From Thermoplasmatota archaeon (GTDB lineage: Archaea > Thermoplasmatota > Penumbrarchaeia > Penumbrarchaeales > Penumbrarchaeaceae): DNA of 46,747 bases. Shown in pieces: positions 10,159-20,402 of this stretch (positions are counted from its first letter, which is position 1; each line of letters begins with the position of its first letter). A program made the translations under genes and the position numbers. Below the pieces are notes generated by a model, which saw only the letters and a program-made list of their open reading frames with translations, was not told the origin of the DNA and did not search any database. The stretch lies in assembly GCA_029762535.1 (NCBI GenBank), contig JARVGK010000023.1, forward strand, positions 1-46,747, written 5' to 3'.

Positions 10159-11511
10159 TCACCATAGCATGAAGAGCACCGGGACCATCAGCACCCCCAT
10201 GGAATGCGTCCTACGGATCCCCGTCAGGGGCGGTATCATCCCGATCATCGTGGAAACGGCAAGAATGATGACCCCGATCCAACCCGTGAATGCGAAGACC
10301 ATTGCCGTTATGAAGACTATGATGCCGACCACCACCTTCCTGTAAGGCATTCGGGGCATGATATTGGCCAATCTCTTCCCCATGAACAAGGTCAGGAAGA
10401 AGCCCAGTGTCGAGGCTATCAGGGCAGAGATCAACAGGAGAGAAAGCTCCTGTGGCATCTGGGCGGACCACTGCCTCACGTCAATGAGCTGGTCCACGAC
10501 TATCGCTGCTCCTGACCTGGGCCTCAGGATGATGAACAGGGCGCTGAGCACGAAAAAGGAGTTCGCCGTGTTGATGGCGGAGAGCGTGAGGATCACCGAC
10601 GAGGGTTTTGGGTCCTTCCGGAATAGCATCGCGATCACCGTTGCGATCCCTCCGCTCATTCCGGGGAGGAAGCCTACGACGGACCCCGCGATCCCTCCTG
10701 ATACGATCGAGGGAGCGGCCTCCTTGAGGTCGACACCCTGCCGCTCTATCCTCTGATGCGGCACGGATGCACCGCCTCGGAGCGATTCTATAAGGGTGGA
10801 TGTGCCGAAAAGGCCGGATAGCGCCGGGAACAGGACCGATGGCATCAGTCCGAATGGCGAGCTGACGTTCATGTCGAGAATGAGAAGTCCCAGGGTCCCC
10901 GCCAGTACGAACTGGAAACATGCGAGCGCAACCCCCAGGGGTCTCGAGAGCAATCCCTTTTCATACGTTATGCCTTCCTCGTTCCTTTTCCTTAAATAGG
11001 GTATCGAAGCGCTCTCAGTGACCAGCATCAGTATGCAGACCCCCATAAGGATGTAGGGTATGTACGACTTCATGAACGAATACAATCCGACAGGTTCGTT
11101 CATAAGCATCATGTAGGGTAGAAGCAGTATGAACCCTACCATGACCGCTCCGAAGCTACCTACGGCCGAAAGATGGACCGCGGTGAATCCCCTGCCCTCA
11201 AGCAACATCGAATGGGCGGGTAATACGGACAGGGCGGTATCCCCCTCCGGCGCACCCAAGAAGGTCGAGGGGATGAAATCCAGAAAGGTGTGGGCCATGG
11301 ACGTGGCGACGACCGTGGCTCCGACAAGCAGCAGGATCGTCCATTCATCCAATCCCGTTATGACCCCTATGATCGCCGCTATCGAGGGGCTCAATGAAAG
11401 CAGTATGATCGCTACGTTGTTCACATGTACGCCGGGTGTGAGGCCCGTGAACGTCCCCAGTAGAGTGCCCAACAGGCAGAAGAGGACTATAAGGCCGAGG
11501 ACCTCGATCAA
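10159..11511 (-). CDS. Tripartite tricarboxylate transporter TctA-family permease (archaeal COG1784-like)
   Basis: ~12 TM; GTFTGLTPGVH, HTFLDFIPSTFLGAPEGDTALSVLPAH.MLLEGRG, LFPALSGLFG, second-half repeat VGFLPGMS, IRRTHSMG. Confidence 0.85.
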   Translation of the reverse strand: MIEVLGLIVLFCLLGTLLGTFTGLTPGVHVNNVAIILLSLSPSIAAIIGVITGLDEWTILLLVGATVVATSMAHTFLDFIPSTFLGAPEGDTALSVLPAHSMLLEGRGFTAVHLSAVGSFGAVMVGFILLLPYMMLMNEPVGLYSFMKSYIPYILMGVCILMLVTESASIPYLRKRNEEGITYEKGLLSRPLGVALACFQFVLAGTLGLLILDMNVSSPFGLMPSVLFPALSGLFGTSTLIESLRGGASVPHQRIERQGVDLKEAAPSIVSGGIAGSVVGFLPGMSGGIATVIAMLFRKDPKPSSVILTLSAINTANSFFVLSALFIILRPRSGAAIVVDQLIDVRQWSAQMPQELSLLLISALIASTLGFFLTLFMGKRLANIMPRMPYRKVVVGIIVFITAMVFAFTGWIGVIILAVSTMIGMIPPLTGIRRTHSMGVLMVPVLFMLW

Positions 11512-12695
11512 ATCGCCGACCCCGCTTCTATGTAGTAGGCGTTCCTGTCGATATCGAACTTCACGATACCCCTGTGCTCGATATTGCCCTCGGATGCGCC
11601 GCGGATCTCGATCGAGGTGTTCTCATCGATTAGAAGGTCCATGTCCACCGTGCGGATGAGCTGCGCCTCTACGATGACGGCGCAGCCCTCGTATTCGCCG
11701 ATCCCGTAAGGCAGGGATGAGAGCCTCAGGCTCCAGGGGCCGTGGGCCTTGAGCAGCTGCAATGAGGACGGCAGCAGGTTGTACCTCATTCCCGATGGGT
11801 CCCATTCCAGAGAGCAGTTGATCAATCTTACCAGATCGCCCCTGGTCACGTTCTCCACGCTCTCCTGCATGAAGGCCTTTATCGATACCCTGGCCCCCTC
11901 CGAGGATTCCCCTATGTAAAGAGTTCGTCCGGTCGGGGTGTATCGAAGGTATCCTTCTATCACAAGCGGGTCGCGACTCACATGACCCGGTTCGAATCCC
12001 ATCAGCTCGTTCAGGGATGTAGCGACGGGTACTGCCTTGAACGTCGTCCTGACCGATCCGGACCCATAGCATATCAGGCCCCCCGATCGGTCATGAAGCC
12101 CGGTTGCCTCGATCCCGTCCCCTGTCCCGAATTCGCCCTTAGTGTTCATGACGAGGACCCAGATCCTCTCCCTGGCGGCCCCGGACCCGAACCTCTCGAT
12201 GGTCAAGTTCAACGAGGAGTATCCCTGCCTGTTCACGGATATCACCGTTCCGTTTAGCCGGCAGATATCCCCCTTTGTGATGCCTGAGTATTCCATGGGC
12301 TCCTGGCCTTTTTTGACCCTGACCGACCGGTCCGTCGGGACCGAGATGATTATCGCATCCCCCATTTCGAACGGCTCCCCTTTGATAATGACCAGGTCTC
12401 CCGGGTCGAACGTACTCGATGACCTTTCCACCGAAGCTTCGAGAAGGGCCCCCTCATCATGGACGAGCATTTGGACGAGCCCTCCCTTTTGAGCCGAAGA
12501 GCCAACGACCGTTCCTTTCACCTCGACCGTTTCTCCGATATATGATCCAAGGTCCGGGATGCCAACTTCCCGCGTTCCGGATAGCGAGGAGATGAGGGTT
12601 AGAACTGCCAGCCCCAGAACGGAGAATGCTATCACGATCATTCGTATCCTCTTCTCATCGAGCCATGCTGCCTTCATCACAACACCTTTGAACAT
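11508..12695 (-). CDS. Membrane-anchored protein with 3-4 tandem OB-fold-like domains
   Basis: N-terminal TM (IVIAFSVLGLAVLTLI); repeated OB pattern G..V.V.G.V ... GD.V...G (IGETVEVKGTV..PGDLVIIKG; KGDICRLNGTV..TGDGIEATG; PLVIEGYL..RGDLVRL); TTGA overlap with the tctA-like gene. Confidence 0.6.
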   Translation of the reverse strand: MFKGVVMKAAWLDEKRIRMIVIAFSVLGLAVLTLISSLSGTREVGIPDLGSYIGETVEVKGTVVGSSAQKGGLVQMLVHDEGALLEASVERSSSTFDPGDLVIIKGEPFEMGDAIIISVPTDRSVRVKKGQEPMEYSGITKGDICRLNGTVISVNRQGYSSLNLTIERFGSGAARERIWVLVMNTKGEFGTGDGIEATGLHDRSGGLICYGSGSVRTTFKAVPVATSLNELMGFEPGHVSRDPLVIEGYLRYTPTGRTLYIGESSEGARVSIKAFMQESVENVTRGDLVRLINCSLEWDPSGMRYNLLPSSLQLLKAHGPWSLRLSSLPYGIGEYEGCAVIVEAQLIRTVDMDLLIDENTSIEIRGASEGNIEHRGIVKFDIDRNAYYIEAGSAI

Positions 12696-12789
12696 CCGGT
12701 CTTAATGTCCTCTCTCAAAGTCCCGTTTATGGATAATAAACTTAAATACACTTGAGAACGATATCTACCTGTATATAATAGTTGTCGAG

Positions 12790-13257
12790 GTGATTATGTC
12801 CCTGAGAAAAGATGAGATATCACGGTCAAGCCACAACGAGGTGGAAGGAGGAGCCACGGTCATATCGAGCAGGAGCCTTGCAAGCGCCATTCAGCGGTCC
12901 TTCGTCAAACGGAGGAGAGAGGGCGGGATCGAGAATTCGGTGGCGCAGGAGATGGCGGACCATGTGCTGAACTTCTTCGGATACGGGGAGAGGATCATCG
13001 ACAACATGCTCCGCGTCGACGACAGGGACATATTCTACATGCTTGAGGACCTGGGAATATTGAAGACCGAGAGGGAGGAGACCACCCTCTATGACGGCAG
13101 GGAATGGCGGATCAATTACTGGACGATGAAGAAGGGTTACATCGAATCTCTGATCAATGGGGCGGGATACGGTTCCAAGACCCTCGAGGTCCAGGAGGAG
13201 GATCCTTACAAGGACCTTCCAGACGACCTATGGAGGCGGGGGGACGAATCCTTTTGA
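12790..13257 (+). CDS. DUF6015-like conserved protein (Thermoplasmata)
   Basis: HVLNFFGY..RIIDN.L..DDRD.FYMLED.GIL.TEREETTLYDGREWRI.YW and C-terminal Y..LP.D.W; CTTAAATA box upstream; GAGGTGATT-ATG at 12796. Confidence 0.7.
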   Translation: MIMSLRKDEISRSSHNEVEGGATVISSRSLASAIQRSFVKRRREGGIENSVAQEMADHVLNFFGYGERIIDNMLRVDDRDIFYMLEDLGILKTEREETTLYDGREWRINYWTMKKGYIESLINGAGYGSKTLEVQEEDPYKDLPDDLWRRGDESF

Positions 13258-13319
13258 ACCCTTCAGGCGCAAAGATTAACTGGACATCGCCCTGGAAATG
13301 AACCATATGAAAAGGAGGC

Positions 13320-13973
13320 ATGTGTTTGGCCCTTATGGATGAGGAGACAGCGGGAAAGGTGAAGGAAGCCCTTTCAGAGATGGTTGGCAACGTTCACATC
13401 ATCGTGTACACGGACGGTGCGGACTGCCGCCACTGCGAGGACGTTCTGGGCATACTGAAGGAGTTGTGCGAGATGTCCCCCCTTTTGACCTTCGAGGAGA
13501 GGCCGGAGGAGAGAGGGTCGGAACACGGCGTCGATCAGTTCCCCGCGATAGTTGTCATGAAGGGCTCCAAGGAAGAGAATTCATACACAGGGATACGTTT
13601 CTTCGGTGTTCCAGGAGGGTACGAGTTCACCTCCCTGCTCGATTCCATCCTTACCGTTTCCAAGGGCGACGAGCTTATCACACCGGCTGTGAGGGAGGAA
13701 CTGCGCGCATTAGATAAGGACATACACATAAAGGTATTCGTCACCCCCACTTGCCCATACTGTCCGAGAGCCGTGATCCTGGCCCATCACCTTGCACTAT
13801 ACAGCGACAGGATAGTCGCGGATATGATAGAGGCGACCGAGTTCCAGGACCTCGCCATCAAATATCAGGTCATGGGCGTGCCCAAGACCATCGTCAACGA
13901 CAGGTTCACACAGGAAGGGGCAGCCCCCGAGAGGATGATAATGGACCTCATCAGAAAGGCCTCTCGGGCGTGA
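13320..13973 (+). CDS. Protein disulfide oxidoreductase (two thioredoxin folds, PDO/glutaredoxin-like)
   Basis: CRHC and CPYC active sites; GIRFFGVPGGYEFTSLL; IKVFVTPTCPYCPRAV; YQVMGVPKT; GGAGG RBS favours TTG at 13326. Confidence 0.9.
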   Translation: MCLALMDEETAGKVKEALSEMVGNVHIIVYTDGADCRHCEDVLGILKELCEMSPLLTFEERPEERGSEHGVDQFPAIVVMKGSKEENSYTGIRFFGVPGGYEFTSLLDSILTVSKGDELITPAVREELRALDKDIHIKVFVTPTCPYCPRAVILAHHLALYSDRIVADMIEATEFQDLAIKYQVMGVPKTIVNDRFTQEGAAPERMIMDLIRKASRA

Positions 13974-14025
13974 TCACGACAATAATTAATACCCCCGGGC
14001 CCGTGTAGGTCCGGAGGGAAGAAGA

Positions 14026-14949
14026 ATGAAAGGAGCGGTCTCCCTTGTGTTCTTGCTGCTCTTGGCGTGCTCTGCCCTATGTTGCCCATCAGGTGCTATA
14101 GAGGGAACGCTTCCGCCACTCGTTGGGGATCCGGAGATCGAGATCGTTCTCTATCAGAGCGAGATGTGGTGTGATGTTGAGCCGGGCCAGAGGAGTGTCA
14201 TGGAGTTCACCGGCGAAGTGAATGCGGATATCACCTTCTCTCCGAGGGTACAATACCTGCTGGTCAGCATGGATTACTACGCAGAAGGTTGGCCCACTTC
14301 AGGTACTTCCGTTGTGATGTTCACGAGAGCTGACAGTACCATGCCCTTTTCGTGCACCGTCAAGGTGCCTCACGAGACGACCTCCTCCTTCATCGGAACG
14401 TTGAAGGTCAGCGGCAGATGGAGCTATCAACCGGGAACGTCGAGCGGTGACGTCGATCCGGCATACGCATCCATCAGGATATTGCCATATAGCGGGCCGG
14501 TTCTGGAAACAACGAAGAGGAACATGACGGCCCAACCTTTAAAGGACCTCGAGTTCGAGATGAGTTTACGCAATGGAGGAAACGCCGTTGACAACATCAC
14601 GCTGACGATCGAAGAGATCCCATCCCATATGGAGGCGGTCTTCCTTACGCCGACGACGATGACCCTTCAGGAGAAGGGGATCGGCAAGGTAAGGCTTCAG
14701 GTGAGGACCGGATCGTTGAGCCCTGAAGGGCACTCGACGATAAAGGTCTGCGCCAGGGGATCCCATAACGGGAGGGAGCCGGACAGCATACTGGTGCTGG
14801 ATATCGATGTGGAGACCCCTCCCTCCTCCATTCTGGGTTTGCCATGGTGGACCTCTCCTGTATTACTGTTCATATTGGTATCGGTCATCGCTATCATCGG
14901 GATCGTGTTCTTCAGGAAGAGGAGAAGGTCCCGCCGAATTTCCCGATAG
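14026..14949 (+). CDS. Exported two-Ig-domain protein with C-terminal membrane anchor (choice-of-anchor T-like)
   Basis: Signal peptide; DVEPG...G.V, V.G.W...PG, L.N.GN..D...L; TM plus RKRRRSRR tail; paralog of next gene. Confidence 0.6.
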   Translation: MKGAVSLVFLLLLACSALCCPSGAIEGTLPPLVGDPEIEIVLYQSEMWCDVEPGQRSVMEFTGEVNADITFSPRVQYLLVSMDYYAEGWPTSGTSVVMFTRADSTMPFSCTVKVPHETTSSFIGTLKVSGRWSYQPGTSSGDVDPAYASIRILPYSGPVLETTKRNMTAQPLKDLEFEMSLRNGGNAVDNITLTIEEIPSHMEAVFLTPTTMTLQEKGIGKVRLQVRTGSLSPEGHSTIKVCARGSHNGREPDSILVLDIDVETPPSSILGLPWWTSPVLLFILVSVIAIIGIVFFRKRRRSRRISR

Positions 14950-15031
14950 GGTGAGGGCCTCCGAGAGGGGATCGCTCTGCGAAAGCATATTATCCTAAAA
15001 CCGCGTTATTTTTTCAAGTTGGTGCGTAATT

Positions 15032-15967
15032 ATGGGAAGGGCCGGGATATATCTGGTCATCATGATATGCTCGTGCATATTCTTTCCGGGGTCGCTTTCC
15101 GGGGCGGAGGGAAGGGACACCGTCCCGTTTTATGGTTCGTCCGATCCCACTTTCGCGATATCCTTTGAGGGGGACAGGATCCCTGTGGATGTGGAACCTG
15201 GCAATGACATCCAATCCACTACCACAGGGAGAATAGACTGTCACCCAGGATCGCTTGCCCCGGGGCAGACCATTTACGTTACCATTTTCTCCGATTCCGG
15301 CCCCTGGGAATCGAGACTTGAGCCGAGCAACATGAGTTTCACCAGAAGCACCATTATGGAAACGTTCGTTCTTGAGGTGTACGTCCCTGCGGAGACCCCC
15401 GTCGGGGAGGAAAGGCCCATCACTGTATGGGGGAATTGGAGGATCGTTCCTGGCGTCAAGGAGGGCGGGATCGATAGGACATCGATCATGTTCTTCGTCC
15501 GGCCTTACAGCTGTGTCAACGCCACTGCGGTGGAGGACCGCAAGACCACCACGATCGGCAAGGAGACCGAGTTCACGATCCTTGTGGAGAACCGGGGTAA
15601 CATACTCGATAGATATCTCCTGACGGTCGGATACGACGGAGAATGTGATGTGATGCTGGATTCTGCGAATTTCAGCGTACCCCTGGGAAGTACCAGCAGT
15701 CTCACAATATCGCTGGTCCAGAAAAGCGGCGCCCCCGCCATGAAGACCTTCTCGATACATATCGCCGGTCAGTATCCCGGTACACAGGGGATGGCCGTGG
15801 TGACCCTTTATCTTGAGTCCAGGTACGGGCCCTCCATGATCTTCGCAAGGCCGTGGGGAGGGTTCATATCGCTCCTGATCCTGTTATGCGCAATTGCGTT
15901 CTCCGCTTTGGTCGGGACATGGTTATACCGGAGGAGAAGGGCCGTTCGCCTGTTAAAGGGCGTTTAG
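15032..15967 (+). CDS. Exported two-Ig-domain protein with C-terminal membrane anchor (paralog of 14026..14949)
   Basis: Shared motifs VDVEPG, V.VP.ET, VWGNWRIVPG, VRPYS, VENRGNILD; TM plus YRRRR. Confidence 0.6.
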   Translation: MGRAGIYLVIMICSCIFFPGSLSGAEGRDTVPFYGSSDPTFAISFEGDRIPVDVEPGNDIQSTTTGRIDCHPGSLAPGQTIYVTIFSDSGPWESRLEPSNMSFTRSTIMETFVLEVYVPAETPVGEERPITVWGNWRIVPGVKEGGIDRTSIMFFVRPYSCVNATAVEDRKTTTIGKETEFTILVENRGNILDRYLLTVGYDGECDVMLDSANFSVPLGSTSSLTISLVQKSGAPAMKTFSIHIAGQYPGTQGMAVVTLYLESRYGPSMIFARPWGGFISLLILLCAIAFSALVGTWLYRRRRAVRLLKGV

Positions 15968-15971
15968 GCGC

Positions 15972-17195
15972 TCATATCACGAAGCGCTCCATCTGGACTG
16001 CCCTATCCCTGAGCGAGATGGCCGATGTCGGGATCGCGCTGCCATCGAAGAGATCCGTGGTCCTCTCGCCGAGGACCCTTGATGCAGCGATCCTTCCGAT
16101 GGCGTCGGCCTTCATGATCCCCGATCCCGAGGCACCGCTCGCCCAGGTGATGTTGGACACTCTCTCCACGACCGGGTTCTTGTCTGGAAGGTGATAGGAG
16201 TAATATCCCGCCCATTTCATCTTCAATCCGTAGTCCACAAGGGCCGGGAAGTAATGCGACATTACAGGCGCTATCGCCCTCTCGAAATAGATCGGGTCCG
16301 GATCAGGATCCCCCATGCCGAAGGGCTGTCCCAGATCGTCCGCGAGACCGACGAGGACCAACTTCCTATCGAGCATGGGCTTGAGATAGGTGCCTCCGGC
16401 GGGAAGGATAACCGCGGGGACCCTTAAGGGATCCCCTCCGGGGATCATCTGGGAGGGGTCATCGATCCTCAGGCCGAAGAGCTGCCTCTTCTTGGGTAGA
16501 ACGCCGGAGAAGATGCCTATCCCTGACAGCAGTTCGTTCGTCCATGGCCCGCAGGCGATAACGAGATCCTCCGCCCCGTACCTCTCGCCGTCATCGGCGG
16601 TCACCGATAGGGCCCTGACATCGGTCCAGGGTGCGAAGCGCTGGGTGTATCCAGACAGATCTATGCTATCTATACGCTTGTTGAGGACTATCTCCCCGCC
16701 CATTCTCCGGAACTCGTCCCCGTAATGCTGGGCGAGCCCCATTCCGGAAAGGGATCCGCACAACCTGCCGTGTATCGCCCTGGAGATCCCGGGGAAAGGC
16801 CCCCTTGCCAGGGGATCGATCCTGAGCATATCGGAGATCCCCTTGACGTCGAGGAATTCCACTTCGTCCCTATTCGGGTCCAGGGTATCGATGGCGTCCC
16901 TGGACGCCCTCCACTGCGCCTCGGAGAAGGTCCAGAGGTATCCCGTGGGATCCATCTGAATCCTCGATCCCAGCTCGAGGTAATACCTGATGGAGCTCGT
17001 CGAGAGCAAACGAGATGCTTTGGAGGAGAATATGTTGCGGTAGAGGGCGGCGCTTTTGGCGGTGGATCCCTCACCGACCCGCCGGTTCATGTCAACGAGT
17101 GTCACTTCCCTGCGGGGATCGATCCTCTTGAGATGATATGCGGTGGATGCACCGATGACCCCCGCCCCGACCACGACCGTTGGTCCATACTTCAT
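15972..17195 (-). CDS. FAD-dependent oxidoreductase (D-amino acid oxidase/sarcosine oxidase beta family)
   Basis: VVVGAGVIGASTAYHL Rossmann motif, GSTAKSAALYR, VIACGPW, WAGYY...PD.NPV, GASGSGIMKADAIGRIAA; ATG at 17195 preferred over GTG at 17234. Confidence 0.85.
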   Translation of the reverse strand: MKYGPTVVVGAGVIGASTAYHLKRIDPRREVTLVDMNRRVGEGSTAKSAALYRNIFSSKASRLLSTSSIRYYLELGSRIQMDPTGYLWTFSEAQWRASRDAIDTLDPNRDEVEFLDVKGISDMLRIDPLARGPFPGISRAIHGRLCGSLSGMGLAQHYGDEFRRMGGEIVLNKRIDSIDLSGYTQRFAPWTDVRALSVTADDGERYGAEDLVIACGPWTNELLSGIGIFSGVLPKKRQLFGLRIDDPSQMIPGGDPLRVPAVILPAGGTYLKPMLDRKLVLVGLADDLGQPFGMGDPDPDPIYFERAIAPVMSHYFPALVDYGLKMKWAGYYSYHLPDKNPVVERVSNITWASGASGSGIMKADAIGRIAASRVLGERTTDLFDGSAIPTSAISLRDRAVQMERFVI

Positions 17196-17234
17196 GATAG
17201 TTGGATGTAAGGAATGGGTAATTAAACATACCAC

Positions 17235-20200
17235 TCAATACTCATCGAACTCGCATACGGGGATCGAATCCATATCGCGGTGTTCGAGTGCCTCGAACAG
17301 CCTTTCGGCGAGCTTAAGGTTGGTCAGAAGGGGCACGGAGCAGTCCACGGCCGTCCTGCGGATCAGGTAATCGTTGGTGATCTCCTCCTCCTCGTTGCTC
17401 TTTGGGATGTTGATCACCAGCCCGATCCTGCCCTCCCTGATGTATTCCAGTGAGTTCGGGGGGCCTTTCTCCAGGGGCCATCTCAGTGTCTCGGCCTCGA
17501 TACCGTTCGCCCTCATGAAGCGGGCGGTCCCGGACGTGGCATATAGTGTGTAACCCTTCTCCATCAGCCTCCTTATGACCGGAAGCCAGGCTGACTTGGT
17601 CATCTCGGGCCCAGTGGACACCAGGGCCGTTCTGGTCCCTATTCGGAACCCGACCGCCCTCAGCGCCGAAAGCAGGGCGCTCTCCATGTCCATTCCTAGG
17701 CATCCGACCTCGCCGGTCGAGGCCATGGCCACCCCCATGGTGGGGTCGGCCCCTTTCAGCCTCTGATAGGAGAACTGGGCCGCTTTGACGCCGACCCGGT
17801 CCAGATCGAGCATCGTCCCCTCGATCCGTTCGACCTTTTCACCCAACATCGCCTTTGTGGCGAGTTCTATCATGTTCTTTCCCAATGTCTTTGAGGCGAA
17901 CGGGAACGTCCTTGACGAGCGCAGATTGCACTCTATCACCTTTAGCCTGTTCTCCTTGGCTATGAACTGTATGTTGAATGGGCCCGTTATCTTGAGCGAG
18001 GCGGCGATGCGCCTGGAGGCTTCCTTGAGCCTCCTTATGGTCTCGACGTAAAGCCTCTGGGGAGGTATCACGACCGTAGCATCTCCGGAGTGCACCCCTG
18101 CGTTCTCGACATGCTCCCCTATGGAATAGAGCAGGATCTCCCCGTCCCGGGCGACCCCATCGAACTCGATCTCCTTTGCATCCTCGATGAACTTCGAGAC
18201 AACGACGGGGCTTGCGGGATCCACCTCCGTGGCCCTGCTGAGATAGCTCTCCATCGTCGACGGATCGAATACCACCGCCATTGATGCCCCGGACAGCACA
18301 TATGACGGCCTTATCATCACAGGGTATCCGACCCTTTCGGCGAAGGACCTGGCCTCCCCTATGCTCTTTGCCTCCACCCAATCCGGCTGGTCGATCCCCA
18401 GCCCATCAAGGAGGGACGAGAACTTGTTACGGTCCTCCGCCCTGTCAATGTCCATGGGCGACGTGCCCAGTATATGGGCCCCTGATGCGTGCAGCCTGGG
18501 GGCGAGGTTGTTGGCCACCTGTCCCCCCATCGATACGATTATCCCCTCCGGGGATTCGAAATCGTATATGTCCATGACCCTCTCGTAGGTGAGCTCCTCG
18601 AAGTAGAGCCTGTCGCAAACGTCGTAATCGGTGGATACGGTCTCCGGATTGCAGTTGATCATAATGGTCCGGTATCCGAGCCCTCTGGCGGTCCATGCGG
18701 CGTTAACGCAGCACCAGTCGAACTCGACGCTCGAGCCGATCCTGTACGCCCCCGAGCCAAGGATTACCACCGCACCGGCCCTTGGCCCGACATCGTTGGC
18801 GCTGCCGTTGTAGGTCATGTAGAGGTAGTTCGTCGCGGCCGGGTATTCCGCTGCGAGGGTGTCTATCTGCTTGATGCAGGGAACGATCCCCTCCCTGATC
18901 CTGAAAGCCCTGACCTGGTCCATGGGCACTCCGGTGGCCCGCATTATCTGGAAATCGCTGAACCCGAGCCTCTTCGCATTTAAGATCAGGTCCGGCTCCA
19001 AGGCGCCCGCTCCCATCAATCCCGCACCTGTATCGACGATGTCCTTCAGTCTGGCGAGGAACCACGGATCGATGTCCGTCAGCGAACGGATCCTCTCCGG
19101 ATCGGTACCGCGCATGAGAGCCTCGCCTATGGCGAATATCCTCCTCGGCGTCGGGTGTGACAGCTCCTCCTCGAGATCGGGGAAGACAAGCCTGTTGAAT
19201 ATCAGGCCGTGCATGCCCGTGCCGATCATCCTGAGGGCCTTCTGCAGCGCTTCCTCGAACCCCCTCCCTATCGCCATGACCTCGCCCACGCTCATCATCT
19301 GCGAGCCGATGTTCTTCTTGACCAGCTTGAAGCGGTCCAGGTCCCAGCGCGGGACCTTGACGACCACGTAATCGAGGGCCGGCTCGAAGAAGGCGACGGT
19401 GGACCCCGTGACGGCGTTCTTGATCTGGTCTAGCGTTCTCCCGACGGCGATCCTTGCAGCGACAGAGGCCAGGGGATATCCGGTGGCCTTGCTCGCCAGC
19501 GCCGAGGAGCGGGACAGCCTCGCGTTGATCTCTATCACCCTGTAATCGCAGGATCGGGGATCAAGGGCGTATTGTATGTTGCATTCTCCGATTATGCCCA
19601 GATGCCTGACGATATCAATTGCTATCCTCCTGAGGAGATGGTATTCCCGATCCGTAAGGGTCTGGCTGGGGGCCACGACAATGCTCTCTCCCGTGTGGAT
19701 CCCCATCGGGTCGAGGTTCTCCATGTTGCATACGGTGATACAGTTGTCCCCGGAGTCCCTGACTATCTCGTACTCCACCTCTTTCCAACCCTTCAGGTAT
19801 TCCTCGACCAGTATCTGTGGGGCGTTAGCCAGGGCGTTTCGGGCCAGGGCCTTGAGCTGCTCCTCGTCCATCGCAACGCCGCTTCCCAGCCCTCCGAGGG
19901 CGTAGGCGGACCTGATCATTACCGGATATCCGATATCCCTGGACGCCCTGATCGCGGAGTCCAGGTCCGTGCAGGCCCAGGACCGGGCGGTCCTAACCCC
20001 GATCTCGTTCAATCGGTCAACGAACCTCTTGCGATCCTCGGTGTCCTTGATGGCCTCTATAGGCGTGCCCAGGACCTGGACCCCGTATTTGTGCAGGACC
20101 CCTCTGTCGTAGAGTTCGATCCCCACGTTCAGGGCCGTCTGCCCTCCGAAGCCCAGTAGTATTCCGTCCGGCCTTTCAGCCTCTATGATCCTCTCGACCG

Positions 20201-20402
20201 TTTCCGCATCGACGCTGTGGAGGTATAGCCTGTCCGCCAGGTCCTTTGTCGTCTGGACGGTGGCGATGTTGGGATTGACCAGAATGGTCTTAATGCCCTC
20301 CTCTTTGAGTGCCTTCAGGGCCTGTGATCCCGAATAGTCGAACTCGCCAGCCTGTCCGATCATCAGCCCCCCGCTGCCCAGGACCAGGACAGTTTCAACC
20401 AT
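17235..20402 (-). CDS. carB: Carbamoyl-phosphate synthase large subunit
   Basis: IGQAGEFDYSGSQA, GIHTGESIVVAPSQTL, EINARLSRSSALASKATGYP, KQIDTLAAEYPA, GSSVEFDW, RPSYVLSG, C-terminal MGS domain. Confidence 0.97.
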   Translation of the reverse strand: MVETVLVLGSGGLMIGQAGEFDYSGSQALKALKEEGIKTILVNPNIATVQTTKDLADRLYLHSVDAETVERIIEAERPDGILLGFGGQTALNVGIELYDRGVLHKYGVQVLGTPIEAIKDTEDRKRFVDRLNEIGVRTARSWACTDLDSAIRASRDIGYPVMIRSAYALGGLGSGVAMDEEQLKALARNALANAPQILVEEYLKGWKEVEYEIVRDSGDNCITVCNMENLDPMGIHTGESIVVAPSQTLTDREYHLLRRIAIDIVRHLGIIGECNIQYALDPRSCDYRVIEINARLSRSSALASKATGYPLASVAARIAVGRTLDQIKNAVTGSTVAFFEPALDYVVVKVPRWDLDRFKLVKKNIGSQMMSVGEVMAIGRGFEEALQKALRMIGTGMHGLIFNRLVFPDLEEELSHPTPRRIFAIGEALMRGTDPERIRSLTDIDPWFLARLKDIVDTGAGLMGAGALEPDLILNAKRLGFSDFQIMRATGVPMDQVRAFRIREGIVPCIKQIDTLAAEYPAATNYLYMTYNGSANDVGPRAGAVVILGSGAYRIGSSVEFDWCCVNAAWTARGLGYRTIMINCNPETVSTDYDVCDRLYFEELTYERVMDIYDFESPEGIIVSMGGQVANNLAPRLHASGAHILGTSPMDIDRAEDRNKFSSLLDGLGIDQPDWVEAKSIGEARSFAERVGYPVMIRPSYVLSGASMAVVFDPSTMESYLSRATEVDPASPVVVSKFIEDAKEIEFDGVARDGEILLYSIGEHVENAGVHSGDATVVIPPQRLYVETIRRLKEASRRIAASLKITGPFNIQFIAKENRLKVIECNLRSSRTFPFASKTLGKNMIELATKAMLGEKVERIEGTMLDLDRVGVKAAQFSYQRLKGADPTMGVAMASTGEVGCLGMDMESALLSALRAVGFRIGTRTALVSTGPEMTKSAWLPVIRRLMEKGYTLYATSGTARFMRANGIEAETLRWPLEKGPPNSLEYIREGRIGLVINIPKSNEEEEITNDYLIRRTAVDCSVPLLTNLKLAERLFEALEHRDMDSIPVCEFDEY

